Below are positions 38,072-46,042 of a stretch of DNA of 64,000 bases, in pieces (position 1 is the first letter of the stretch; the number at the start of each line of letters is the position of its first letter). The DNA lies in IMG/VR virus record IMGVR_UViG_3300024496_000011, one strand, 5' to 3'. The notes under the pieces are model-generated. The model was not told the origin of the DNA and ran no database searches. It was given only the letters and a program-made list of their open reading frames with translations. The DNA comes from a virus. A program made the translations under genes and the position numbers.

Positions 38072-38488
38072 TTCCAATAGAGAAAAATCTTTCTTTTTAG
38101 TTCCACCATCATATTCCCAAGCATATCCTTCATCAATCATCATTTGATTAACTGATTTCTTTTTATTGACTGCGGATACTTCAGCATCTCCAATAAACAA
38201 ATGTCCCAGAATTCTTCCGTACTTTTCGGTAGAATCTGGGAGTTCTGTTTTAACAATAATATCAGTTTGTCCATCTAACTTTTTCTTGAGCCATTCTTTA
38301 ACTTCAAGACCAAGTGCTTTTTCTTTTGCATCAGTTGTTCTGCTCTCTGGGGTATCGACACCAGCAAGACGAATTCTTTTTTCTAAACTTATATCAAACC
38401 CTAAATCTATTGACGCATCTATTGTATCACCATCTACAACTTTTAAAACTGATTTAATCCTATAAATGTATGGGTCTTTATCTGCCAT
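38048..38488 (-). CDS. thermonuclease (staphylococcal nuclease) family protein
   Basis: KVVDGDTID...RIRLAGVDTPE...EKYGRILG...VNQMMIDEGYA. Confidence 0.9.
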   Translation of the reverse strand: MADKDPYIYRIKSVLKVVDGDTIDASIDLGFDISLEKRIRLAGVDTPESRTTDAKEKALGLEVKEWLKKKLDGQTDIIVKTELPDSTEKYGRILGHLFIGDAEVSAVNKKKSVNQMMIDEGYAWEYDGGTKKKDFSLLESKRQASR

Positions 38489-38492
38489 TTAT

Positions 38493-39083
38493 TTAATTTG
38501 ATTTACTCTTACTATATATTCTTCCCTGAACCCATCCACATTCAGGAACTTCATTACGACCAAAAAGTCTTTCAACTTCACCATCATTCCACCACTTTCT
38601 CCCAGTCATATAATTTTTTCTTTTGTCCTTGAATTCTTGGGAACGAACTGCTCCTTTCTTATTTTGTGGTAGTTTTTCTATATGTTCCTTTGTTTTTTTC
38701 TTACCAGATAAAGCATTACTTATGTTTTCTCTATGAGATTTTGAAGCAGTCTTACCATAAAAAGGGTGATTTATACCACTCATCCTCAAACTATGAGATT
38801 TCTTTTGTTCTTCACTAATAATCTTACCAGAAGTTCCCTCACCACCATCAGTAAGGTTTCTCAAAATCCCAGTCCCATTATCTTTTCTACCATAAACAGC
38901 AATCATATAAATTTCGTGTTTGATTGCCTCTTGTTCTGTTAGATTTCTTTTTAGATATATTATTCTATCTTTACTTGGTAAAGGTACAATTCTTTTTTTA
39001 ACATACAATCTAAACCCTTTACCTTTACCGATGTAATAAGGTGTTCCGTCTTCCCGCAAGTATGCGTAAGTATAATATTCCAT
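38493..39083 (-). mobile_element. GIY-YIG homing endonuclease with NUMOD3 domain
   Basis: YTYAYLREDGTPYYIGKG...LRNLTDGGEG; HPFYGKTASKSHRENIS. Confidence 0.88.
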
Positions 39084-39085
39084 CT

Positions 39086-39168
39086 GCTTTGTTTGTGGTT
39101 ATAGTTATTTATACAAGAAAAGGAGCATTTCTGCTCCCAATCCTTTGCTTGAATAACCACAAACAAGC
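39086..39168 (-). promoter_or_regulatory. leader hairpin of the GIY-YIG gene enclosing a terminator-like hairpin and a late promoter
   Basis: GCTTGTTTGTGGTTAT/ATAACCACAAACAAAGC stem; GGAGCA-GAAA-TGCTCC-TTTT and TATAAATA in the loop. Confidence 0.7.
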
Positions 39169-39179
39169 ACTAATATTTA

Positions 39180-39722
39180 TCATCCAAGAATAGAATCTCT
39201 CCACTCTTCACTCATATTCACCATAATTGCTTCTGCTGCTTCTGGTGTTTCAGCATATCCTTCATCAAGTAAGTGTGAGAGGATGATGTCGTAGAGGTCA
39301 TATTGGTCAGAAAGTCCCTGCCTCTCAGCAGCATTTGACATTCTTCTTCTCATATCCTCTCTTTTTCTTTTTTTAATTTCTTCTGGACTTATCTTAGATG
39401 CTTTTTTTTCTTGTTGAGATTGATAATATTTCCCGTGAAAACCCGAACCTCCAATACTTCTTGCAGTGGGTTTTCCTTTACCTCTCCTTTGTTTATGTGC
39501 TTGCTGCCTATTTTGATTTACACTCGTATCACCGGATCTAACAATCATATCCAATCGTCTTCTGTTTTTTGGACTTAATCTATCAATATGTCTTTTGTCA
39601 CGAACATTCATTTTCTTCCAATCATCCATAGTATCATCAACTTTTGCTTCATCAAGTTGCTGTTGATTTTCAACAACTTCCATATATGCTTCTTGAAGAC
39701 TACGAAAATCTTGTGCGTCCAT
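39180..39722 (-). CDS. putative internal head protein
   Basis: MDAQDFRSLQEAY..V...LDEA N-terminus and DLYDIILSHLLDEGYA.T.EAA..IM.NMSEEW C-terminus; basic middle. Confidence 0.55.
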   Translation of the reverse strand: MDAQDFRSLQEAYMEVVENQQQLDEAKVDDTMDDWKKMNVRDKRHIDRLSPKNRRRLDMIVRSGDTSVNQNRQQAHKQRRGKGKPTARSIGGSGFHGKYYQSQQEKKASKISPEEIKKRKREDMRRRMSNAAERQGLSDQYDLYDIILSHLLDEGYAETPEAAEAIMVNMSEEWRDSILG

Positions 39723-39748
39723 TTTTATGAATACTTTTTAGGTATTTA

Positions 39749-39961
39749 TTAGAATGGCAACTTGAACTTCTCAGTATTTAGTTTAGGAATAGGTAGTTTC
39801 TCAAATGCTTTATTAACTTGATTCTCTACGACTTTACCAACAAACTCTTCTGGATTGTTGAGGATTGCTTCCGCTTTCTTATAAGTCACATAAGCACCGT
39901 AACAAAGTGCTCCACTAATTGCCAGACTCGTTGCTGACAGAATGATTGCTAGATTTTTCAT
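39749..39961 (-). CDS. small membrane protein
   Basis: N-terminal hydrophobic helix. Confidence 0.65.
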   Translation of the reverse strand: MKNLAIILSATSLAISGALCYGAYVTYKKAEAILNNPEEFVGKVVENQVNKAFEKLPIPKLNTEKFKLPF

Positions 39962-40063
39962 CTTTCATTTCCTCGTGTGCTAATCGTAGTATGTAGTAAA
40001 TTACATATGCAGTAAAGATAAGACCGCATCCCAATATTGTAACAACTCCCCACGGAAAATCCA

Positions 40064-40822
40064 TCAATACTTACCCTCAGTGCAATACTCAACTTTCTTA
40101 TTTGGATAATAAGGATACTTACCTTCTTGTGGTTTCATCCATCCACATCCAATTAACCAATCCATCGTCATTGGGGTAGGACGAATTTGTTCCCACAGAG
40201 GACCATTCGCACACATTTCTAACTTTTCTGCAGTCTGATTTGATTGCTCTTCTGCCCAGTTAGCATCTGCTTCCCAGGGAACAGCACGACTTTGCATCAT
40301 TGATTCATAAGTTAATCTAGTTTGCTTCATTACCCATGCAGGTATTTCAGAATCCTGATGTACCTGAGCCATAAAAGAAGTTTGTAGTCCACCACCCATA
40401 CAATCTTGTACAGCGTGCCACCCTTCATGTCTCATTGTTCCCAGAAACTCTCTAGGATCTTTGAGAAGTTGTTCATTCACGAAGAAACGATTATAGTTTG
40501 GCTTATATAATCCTACTGTTCTTGGAGTAAAGTATCTTTCCGGTGCAACATAAACAGGAACATTTACACCATCAAGAGCAGTAATAATTCTTTTTAGTTC
40601 TTCTCTGAACGGGTCAAAATCTGGATTCTTTAGTAGTTCAGAATCCACTGTGAGTTTCTCTATACCCTCAGTGCATTCTAGGAGAATCATGCAACCCATT
40701 GCCTCTGCACTATAAGGTCTTACTGTTGGTTGCTTTGGTTCCAGTGATGATGCAATAGCAGGAAATGCTAAGGATAAAACTAAACCAACTGAGGTGAACA
40801 ACTTTTTCATTCGTTCCACCAT
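40064..40822 (-). CDS. exported HExxH metallopeptidase-like protein
   Basis: signal peptide MKKLFTSVGLVLSLAFPAIA; TMRHEGWHAVQDC. Confidence 0.65.
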   Translation of the reverse strand: MVERMKKLFTSVGLVLSLAFPAIASSLEPKQPTVRPYSAEAMGCMILLECTEGIEKLTVDSELLKNPDFDPFREELKRIITALDGVNVPVYVAPERYFTPRTVGLYKPNYNRFFVNEQLLKDPREFLGTMRHEGWHAVQDCMGGGLQTSFMAQVHQDSEIPAWVMKQTRLTYESMMQSRAVPWEADANWAEEQSNQTAEKLEMCANGPLWEQIRPTPMTMDWLIGCGWMKPQEGKYPYYPNKKVEYCTEGKY

Positions 40823-41007
40823 CCTTCTTCTTTGTGTATCCAGACTTTCAAATCTTTTACATACTTTCTCAAGATCTGGGCCTGCTCTTCATGCCAAAAA
40901 TCACCCGTCTCCATGTGAAGACGGGTGTGATTATCTATAGCTTTGAGTATTTGGTGGATGGGAGCATTCCAACACTCTCGTTTTGGAGTGTTCCATTCTC
41001 TTGGCAT
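40807..41007 (-). CDS. hypothetical protein
   Basis: 66-aa ORF. Confidence 0.6.
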   Translation of the reverse strand: MPREWNTPKRECWNAPIHQILKAIDNHTRLHMETGDFWHEEQAQILRKYVKDLKVWIHKEEGWWNE

Positions 41008-41110
41008 TGGTATGTAAATGTGTAAATTTGATTATCACTTAAAAAATCAGTTTGACATAAGTTAGGTCCAACTAACACATGACCAACAATAGTCAAAGTC
41101 ATGAATTCAA

Positions 41111-41233
41111 TCATTTTTTCTTTCCACCATTCTTTGCTTTTTTAGCGTTAGCATTACCAGAGTTTTGCTTTTTGTTGTTAGAAGATCCAGCACCGCCAGA
41201 ACCTTTTTTACCTTTATTTGCAGACTTAGACAT
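41111..41233 (-). CDS. 40-aa Lys/Gly/Asn-rich basic peptide
   Basis: MSKSANKGKKGSGGAGSSNNKKQNSGNANAKKAKNGGKKK; coupled to the upstream stop codon. Confidence 0.5.
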   Translation of the reverse strand: MSKSANKGKKGSGGAGSSNNKKQNSGNANAKKAKNGGKKK

Positions 41234-41577
41234 TATGCTCCACCTGTGCGAGGTTGTACTTGACCTTCCAGAACTTCTACTCTTTCTTCAAGAGTTGGTT
41301 CCGATGCGGAAACTTCGGGAGTAGGTAGTTCAGGAAGAGATTCTACAACCTCTTCTCTTTTTGTCTCATCCTTTTTTTCATCATCATCACCACCCTTCTT
41401 CATTGTGTTAATACCAAAGGTTGCAGCAGATGCGGTGAAAACAGTAGCAATGAAAGTGGGGTCCATCTTAGATAGAGCACCAGCATAACTAGCAGTAAGG
41501 AGAGCAGCAGACCAACCCAAAATCGCAATGCGTATAACAGTACTCATACACTTTTCCTTTTTAGTTTGTGTTTCCAT
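41233..41577 (-). CDS. putative holin-like membrane protein
   Basis: two TM segments and a charged C-terminus; immediately downstream of the lysozyme. Confidence 0.5.
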   Translation of the reverse strand: METQTKKEKCMSTVIRIAILGWSAALLTASYAGALSKMDPTFIATVFTASAATFGINTMKKGGDDDEKKDETKREEVVESLPELPTPEVSASEPTLEERVEVLEGQVQPRTGGA

Positions 41578-41595
41578 TTGTTCCTTTGTGTGAGG

Positions 41596-42267
41596 TTAAC
41601 CTTTTTTCCAAGCTTCACCTTCTGCTTTTCTTCTACGAGCAAGTCCTGCTTCTACATTTGAACCAGGATTACGATAGAGGAATAACGCATCAGGAACCAA
41701 GTCCCATTCTTTATTCTTCAAGCGTTTAGTAATAGTATTAAAGTTATCACCACCGTAAAAACCGGCACCAAGATTATAAGCAAAGCTGAGCAGAGCGCCT
41801 CTTTTTCCATCTGACATTTCACTCCAATAAGGGATTTTTCTTAATGCAGGAAGAAACTCTTTCTTACACTGCTCAATTAAAAGTTCATCTGCTTCCGCCT
41901 GAGTGAGTGTATCTCCCATATGGAACGCTGAACCATCTTTCTTACGGGTTGAACCCCAACCAATCGTGATTGGAAGTCCTCCAGTAAGAGGATCGGGATA
42001 TGCTTTTAGATGACATCCCTCAAACTCTTTGATTAATTTGAGTCCCATCATTGGAACATCATCACCACCAACTACAGGTGCTGCAGCAGCGGGAGTGGAT
42101 GCTGGTGCAGCACTAGTCTTTTTTCCTCTGTAAATCTCCGCCCAATCAATATTATCTTCTAGATATTTGACTGGGAGATTATCTTCCAACCACTGAACTG
42201 CTTTAACATGATTAGGATTCTTCTCGTCATAGAATTTGAAGAAGTTATGAAGATCGATTCTTGCCAT
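41596..42267 (-). CDS. GH24 lysozyme (endolysin)
   Basis: LIKEFEGCHLKAYPDP...TIGWGST catalytic E/D/T; ALLSFAYNLG; GL.RRR.AE. Confidence 0.93.
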   Translation of the reverse strand: MARIDLHNFFKFYDEKNPNHVKAVQWLEDNLPVKYLEDNIDWAEIYRGKKTSAAPASTPAAAAPVVGGDDVPMMGLKLIKEFEGCHLKAYPDPLTGGLPITIGWGSTRKKDGSAFHMGDTLTQAEADELLIEQCKKEFLPALRKIPYWSEMSDGKRGALLSFAYNLGAGFYGGDNFNTITKRLKNKEWDLVPDALFLYRNPGSNVEAGLARRRKAEGEAWKKG

Positions 42268-42365
42268 TGTTGTCTCCGAAATACCGTTGATAAAGTTCGT
42301 TTGCTTCTAAATGCTTTCCGTTATTTGTAAGATCTTTAATCACCTTAAGCATCTTTCTTTTAAAA

Positions 42366-43037
42366 TTAATCGAAGATTCTTCCCCATCCATCGTTGCCTC
42401 CTGGACACCAACGGTGCTTAAGAACTGCTTTAGTATAAATGGTTTTCTTTCCGTTAGTTACAGGACCAGTGTAATTATCATTTAGTGATCCATATGGGTC
42501 ATTAACATAGTACCCTTTTCCATCTGGTGTCTTGCCGATTACAACACACATGTGCCCACCAGTAGGTGCAGAAAGAGAACCCCTATGGAGTATGCCAATA
42601 ACAACGGGCTTCCCAGCGTCCAGACTTTTATCGATATCAGCAAAAGATAAATTGTAACTAAAGTGTGACTTAACACCATAACCTGCCAGAACCTTCGTCT
42701 GTACGGCATGGTCCGTTGTATCACCAATTGCGAATACTTTCTTAACATATTCATCGTCGCCTTTGATACTGCCTGGCTTGAGGAAAGCAAGGCACATAGC
42801 ACACGATGAAGAGTTGCAAGTTCTATGTGCATCTCTGTAGTTGTCTACTTGGTTGAAGTATGGAACTGCTAGAACTGCTGGTGTAGGGGGCTTAGTTCTA
42901 AAAATTCCAATCCAATCAGTTTCCGCATCATCTAAAAACTGAGAGGGAAGATTATCTTCTAACCACTGGACCGCTGCAACATGATTTGAATTGCTATCAT
43001 CATAAAACTTAAAAAAGTTATGAAGATCTAGGGTCAT
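42366..43037 (-). CDS. C39-like peptidase/amidase
   Basis: VPYFNQVD...TCNSSSCAM...GGHMCVVIG...YYVNDPYG. Confidence 0.85.
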   Translation of the reverse strand: MTLDLHNFFKFYDDSNSNHVAAVQWLEDNLPSQFLDDAETDWIGIFRTKPPTPAVLAVPYFNQVDNYRDAHRTCNSSSCAMCLAFLKPGSIKGDDEYVKKVFAIGDTTDHAVQTKVLAGYGVKSHFSYNLSFADIDKSLDAGKPVVIGILHRGSLSAPTGGHMCVVIGKTPDGKGYYVNDPYGSLNDNYTGPVTNGKKTIYTKAVLKHRWCPGGNDGWGRIFD

Positions 43038-43103
43038 GGATTATCTCTATAAACACTGAGAATATTTATAAAAAAAGCGCCCCTTTGGGCGCTTTGATTA
43101 TTT

Positions 43104-43631
43104 TCAAGCAGTAACAGTTTCTCGAACCGTAGATTTCACATAATCAAGAACCACTTCTGGAGTAGTCGCTTCGTAAGGGTCGGTTTCTGCATTATCCCGC
43201 TGCCCATCCTCAACGAATAGTTTTTCGATGATTCCGTTATCCACGACTGCAGCATAACGCCAAGAGCGATCACCGAAACCAAGGTTAGACTTAGTGACAA
43301 GCATTCCCATAGAGCGTGTGAAATATGCATTGCCGTCTGGAATGAGTTTTACATTCTTGATGTTCTGATCTTGTGCCCAAGCATTCATCACAAACCCATC
43401 ATTAACAGAGATGCAGTAAATAGCGTCGATGCCACTACCAACAAAGTCGTCGTATTTCTCTTCGAATCCAGGTAGCTGATAGGCACTGCAAGTAGGAGTG
43501 AAAGCACCAGGCAGACTAAACAGGACCACACGCTTTCCATCGAAAAGTTCTGCAGTTGTACGATTTACAAACTCTCCGTTCTCACGAAATACAAATTCAA
43601 CTTGAGGAACTTGATATTGTTCTTTACGCAT
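43104..43631 (-). CDS. type II peroxiredoxin (Prx5 family)
   Basis: VVLFSLPGAFTPTCS...CISVNDGFVMNAW...PDGNAYF...RSWRYAAVV; GGAGG RBS before Met 43631. Confidence 0.93.
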   Translation of the reverse strand: MRKEQYQVPQVEFVFRENGEFVNRTTAELFDGKRVVLFSLPGAFTPTCSAYQLPGFEEKYDDFVGSGIDAIYCISVNDGFVMNAWAQDQNIKNVKLIPDGNAYFTRSMGMLVTKSNLGFGDRSWRYAAVVDNGIIEKLFVEDGQRDNAETDPYEATTPEVVLDYVKSTVRETVTA

Positions 43632-43642
43632 TTTAACCTCCA

Positions 43643-43750
43643 TCACCATACACCAGGAATGATTTGACCAGTAAGGGTATAAGAACCCATTGCGGCAACA
43701 ATACCAATCATTGCTGCCCAACCATTAATGCGTTCTGCGCGTTCGTTCAT
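43643..43750 (-). CDS. hli: high-light inducible protein (35 aa)
   Basis: [35 protein letters not shown]. Confidence 0.9.
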   Translation of the reverse strand: MNERAERINGWAAMIGIVAAMGSYTLTGQIIPGVW

Positions 43751-44025
43751 TGTTTTTCTCCTTGATAAGAATGTTTTTGTTTAAGTTCAGGATTTGGTTG
43801 TGAAGGAACAACTGGGTTCCTTGATTTGTTTTTAATGACGATGAAAGCATCGTTTTGGTAAGATACAGTTCCAAATGGTTTTGCCCATTTTGGATTTGCA
43901 TCTGGACTAGTAGGAGTTCCTGTGACTGCTACACCACCAATTTCAACTGAGATATCATCATCTTTATCCCATCCAAGTGTTTCAAGAGCAATAGCAAATT
44001 GCCCTAGCATACCAGCAGTACTCAC
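43747..44025 (-). CDS. conserved hypothetical protein
   Basis: 92-aa ORF with ATGA overlaps at both ends. Confidence 0.7.
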   Translation of the reverse strand: MSTAGMLGQFAIALETLGWDKDDDISVEIGGVAVTGTPTSPDANPKWAKPFGTVSYQNDAFIVIKNKSRNPVVPSQPNPELKQKHSYQGEKQ

Positions 44026-44315
44026 AGATTTTCTTCCTGTTCAGTAAGGATCACACAATCACTTGTGGGATAAGCAACGCAAGTGAGAACCCAACCTTCT
44101 GCTTGTTGATCATCATCAAGGAACGATTGTTCTTCGTTGTCAACGGTGCCAGAGATGAGTTTTCCAGCGCAGGCACTACAAGCACCTGCTTTACACGATG
44201 AAGGGAGGTCAACACCTGCCTCTTCTGCTGCTTCAAGAATGTACTGGTCATCAGCACATTCAATAGTGGTTTCTGTGCCATCAGGGGATTGGAGAGTGAC
44301 ATTAAAAACGGTCAT
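44022..44315 (-). CDS. petF: plant-type [2Fe-2S] ferredoxin
   Basis: [15 protein letters not shown]...LTC. Confidence 0.95.
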   Translation of the reverse strand: MTVFNVTLQSPDGTETTIECADDQYILEAAEEAGVDLPSSCKAGACSACAGKLISGTVDNEEQSFLDDDQQAEGWVLTCVAYPTSDCVILTEQEENL

Positions 44316-44401
44316 TAGTAAGTCTCGCAAATTTTTTCAACAGATGCTGCCAGTAATACAAAAAAGGCAACGGATGTTATTGTAAAGATAGTTGAAGTCA
44401 T
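44315..44401 (-). CDS. 28-aa membrane peptide
   Basis: [28 protein letters not shown]; TAATG-coupled to petF. Confidence 0.45.
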   Translation of the reverse strand: MTSTIFTITSVAFFVLLAASVEKICETY

Positions 44402-44410
44402 TGTCAACCC

Positions 44411-44620
44411 TCAGAAGATTCCGAAGAAGAGGTGCCCAGTGAGAGCATAAGAAATAGCGCCAGCAACAATGCCGACCATAGCCCAGCGTCCATTCATTTT
44501 CTCCGCTTTCTCTGCATAAGGTTCGATACCATAACGCTCAAGGGCTTCTTTGGTCATATACATCGCGGGTTCTTTGGCAAACATATTCATTTGCCCAAAC
44601 TCGTTTTTTGTTACGGTCAT
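44411..44620 (-). CDS. hli: high-light inducible protein
   Basis: AEKAEKMNGRWAMVGIVA..ISYALTG. Confidence 0.93.
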   Translation of the reverse strand: MTVTKNEFGQMNMFAKEPAMYMTKEALERYGIEPYAEKAEKMNGRWAMVGIVAGAISYALTGHLFFGIF

Positions 44621-44628
44621 TTTCGTTT

Positions 44629-44683
44629 ATTACGAATTGTTACACAATTATATAGCAAAAATAAAGGGGTGTCAAGCACCCCT
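44629..44683 (-). terminator. terminator with embedded sigma70 promoter and adjacent HLR1-like repeat
   Basis: AGGGGTG/CACCCCT stem with U-tract; TTGACA-N17-TATAAT; ATTACGAA-TT-GTTACACA at 44629-44646. Confidence 0.75.
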
Positions 44684-44715
44684 GGTAGTCATTTATACTT
44701 AGTTTTGTTAGGAAA

Positions 44716-45162
44716 TCAGAACTTCCAAGCAAGTCCAACAGTAGGAACAACGGAAGTACCATCAGTCAGAGCAACTTTCACATCAGCAAACACAACTGCA
44801 TGTTCCGCAAGTTGAGTTTCAGCACCTGCTTGAATATAACCAACTGTATCATTATCAAAGGTAAGAATACCAGCATCACCAAAAGCAGCACCACCACCCA
44901 GATAAACATTGGTGTTTTCTGCAACAGCGAGATCGTAGGTTGCGCCAATGGCACCTTCAACCTCGCTATTAATAGTCACTTGAGGACGGACAGAAAGAGG
45001 GAGATTACCTGCCTCTACACGACCAACAATAGTTGCTGCAGCACCTTGACCATCAGTGCCTACGGCAATACCAGGACCAACATAGGAACCTTCAAGACCA
45101 CCAGCAAGTGCTGAACCACCAGCAAAAACAGCAGTAGTAGTAGCAAGAATAATAGATTTCAT
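44716..45162 (-). CDS. small outer-membrane beta-barrel protein
   Basis: signal peptide, alternating amphipathic strands, terminal aromatic (VGLAWKF). Confidence 0.75.
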   Translation of the reverse strand: MKSIILATTTAVFAGGSALAGGLEGSYVGPGIAVGTDGQGAAATIVGRVEAGNLPLSVRPQVTINSEVEGAIGATYDLAVAENTNVYLGGGAAFGDAGILTFDNDTVGYIQAGAETQLAEHAVVFADVKVALTDGTSVVPTVGLAWKF

Positions 45163-45241
45163 AGTTTGTTCAACCCATTTTAAAGTTTACTAGTCTCATT
45201 GTGCGAGACTTGATACATTTTACATTTGCTTCGGGATCATG

Positions 45242-46042
45242 TCAAGTATTTTGTTGTGCAACAGAGTTTTCGGTTATTCGACCCAAATATGGATCATAAT
45301 TCATATATTCTCGAATATCAACATCTGCACCAGATTGTTGCCACCAGTTTAGCAATGCATCATGAGGACCTTTATGAAAAATATTAAGATGATCTGTATG
45401 GATTGTAGATCCCATATCCAAGTTATACAAGAATAGAGGAATTGTATATGTTTTACCGGTTTCCAAAATTGTATCTTCAGAAACTGCTCTTGGTTTTACA
45501 CCATTATCAAGTTTATATTTACTACCGCGAATATGATGCTTCATAAGTTTTGCAGCATGATGTCTACTGATTAAGTAAATTGCTGCGGAAAAATCATTAA
45601 TAAATTTCAAGTGCAATTTTACATGAATATCTCCAGTACAAATTGTAGTTAATTGCACGCAATCCCAATCATATGGAAGAAGTGAGAAAAATTCTGTCCA
45701 AGTAAAATTCCAATATCTGGCAATATCAAGATTTACATCATCTTCTAAAATTAAACAATATTCATCATTTGTATTTTCATAAAAATGTCGAATTGCTTTG
45801 AGATGAGACATACAACATCCCAACTCATTCTGAGATACATTATCAGGAATTCTTCCTTTTAAATGGGAAGATACATCATCAACCCTACCATCATAACCGG
45901 AAATGCGTGTATGATTTTCGATTTCCCAATACTTAAATTGATTTTCCATATACTCACGACGATGAGTATCTGCATCTAAATTTAACCAATAGATGTTAGG
46001 AAGATCTTTAAGTTTAAATACTGATTTGTTCTTATCCATCAC
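45242..46042 (-). CDS. glycosyltransferase family 25
   Basis: IYWLNLD...RR..M...ELGCCMSHL.A......CLILEDD. Confidence 0.88.
   Translation of the reverse strand: MMDKNKSVFKLKDLPNIYWLNLDADTHRREYMENQFKYWEIENHTRISGYDGRVDDVSSHLKGRIPDNVSQNELGCCMSHLKAIRHFYENTNDEYCLILEDDVNLDIARYWNFTWTEFFSLLPYDWDCVQLTTICTGDIHVKLHLKFINDFSAAIYLISRHHAAKLMKHHIRGSKYKLDNGVKPRAVSEDTILETGKTYTIPLFLYNLDMGSTIHTDHLNIFHKGPHDALLNWWQQSGADVDIREYMNYDPYLGRITENSVAQQNT

Noticed and set aside
43632-43721. N-terminal extension of the peroxiredoxin in the ORF track
   Set aside because: It overlaps the hli gene in another frame, and a GGAGG RBS supports the Met at 43631.
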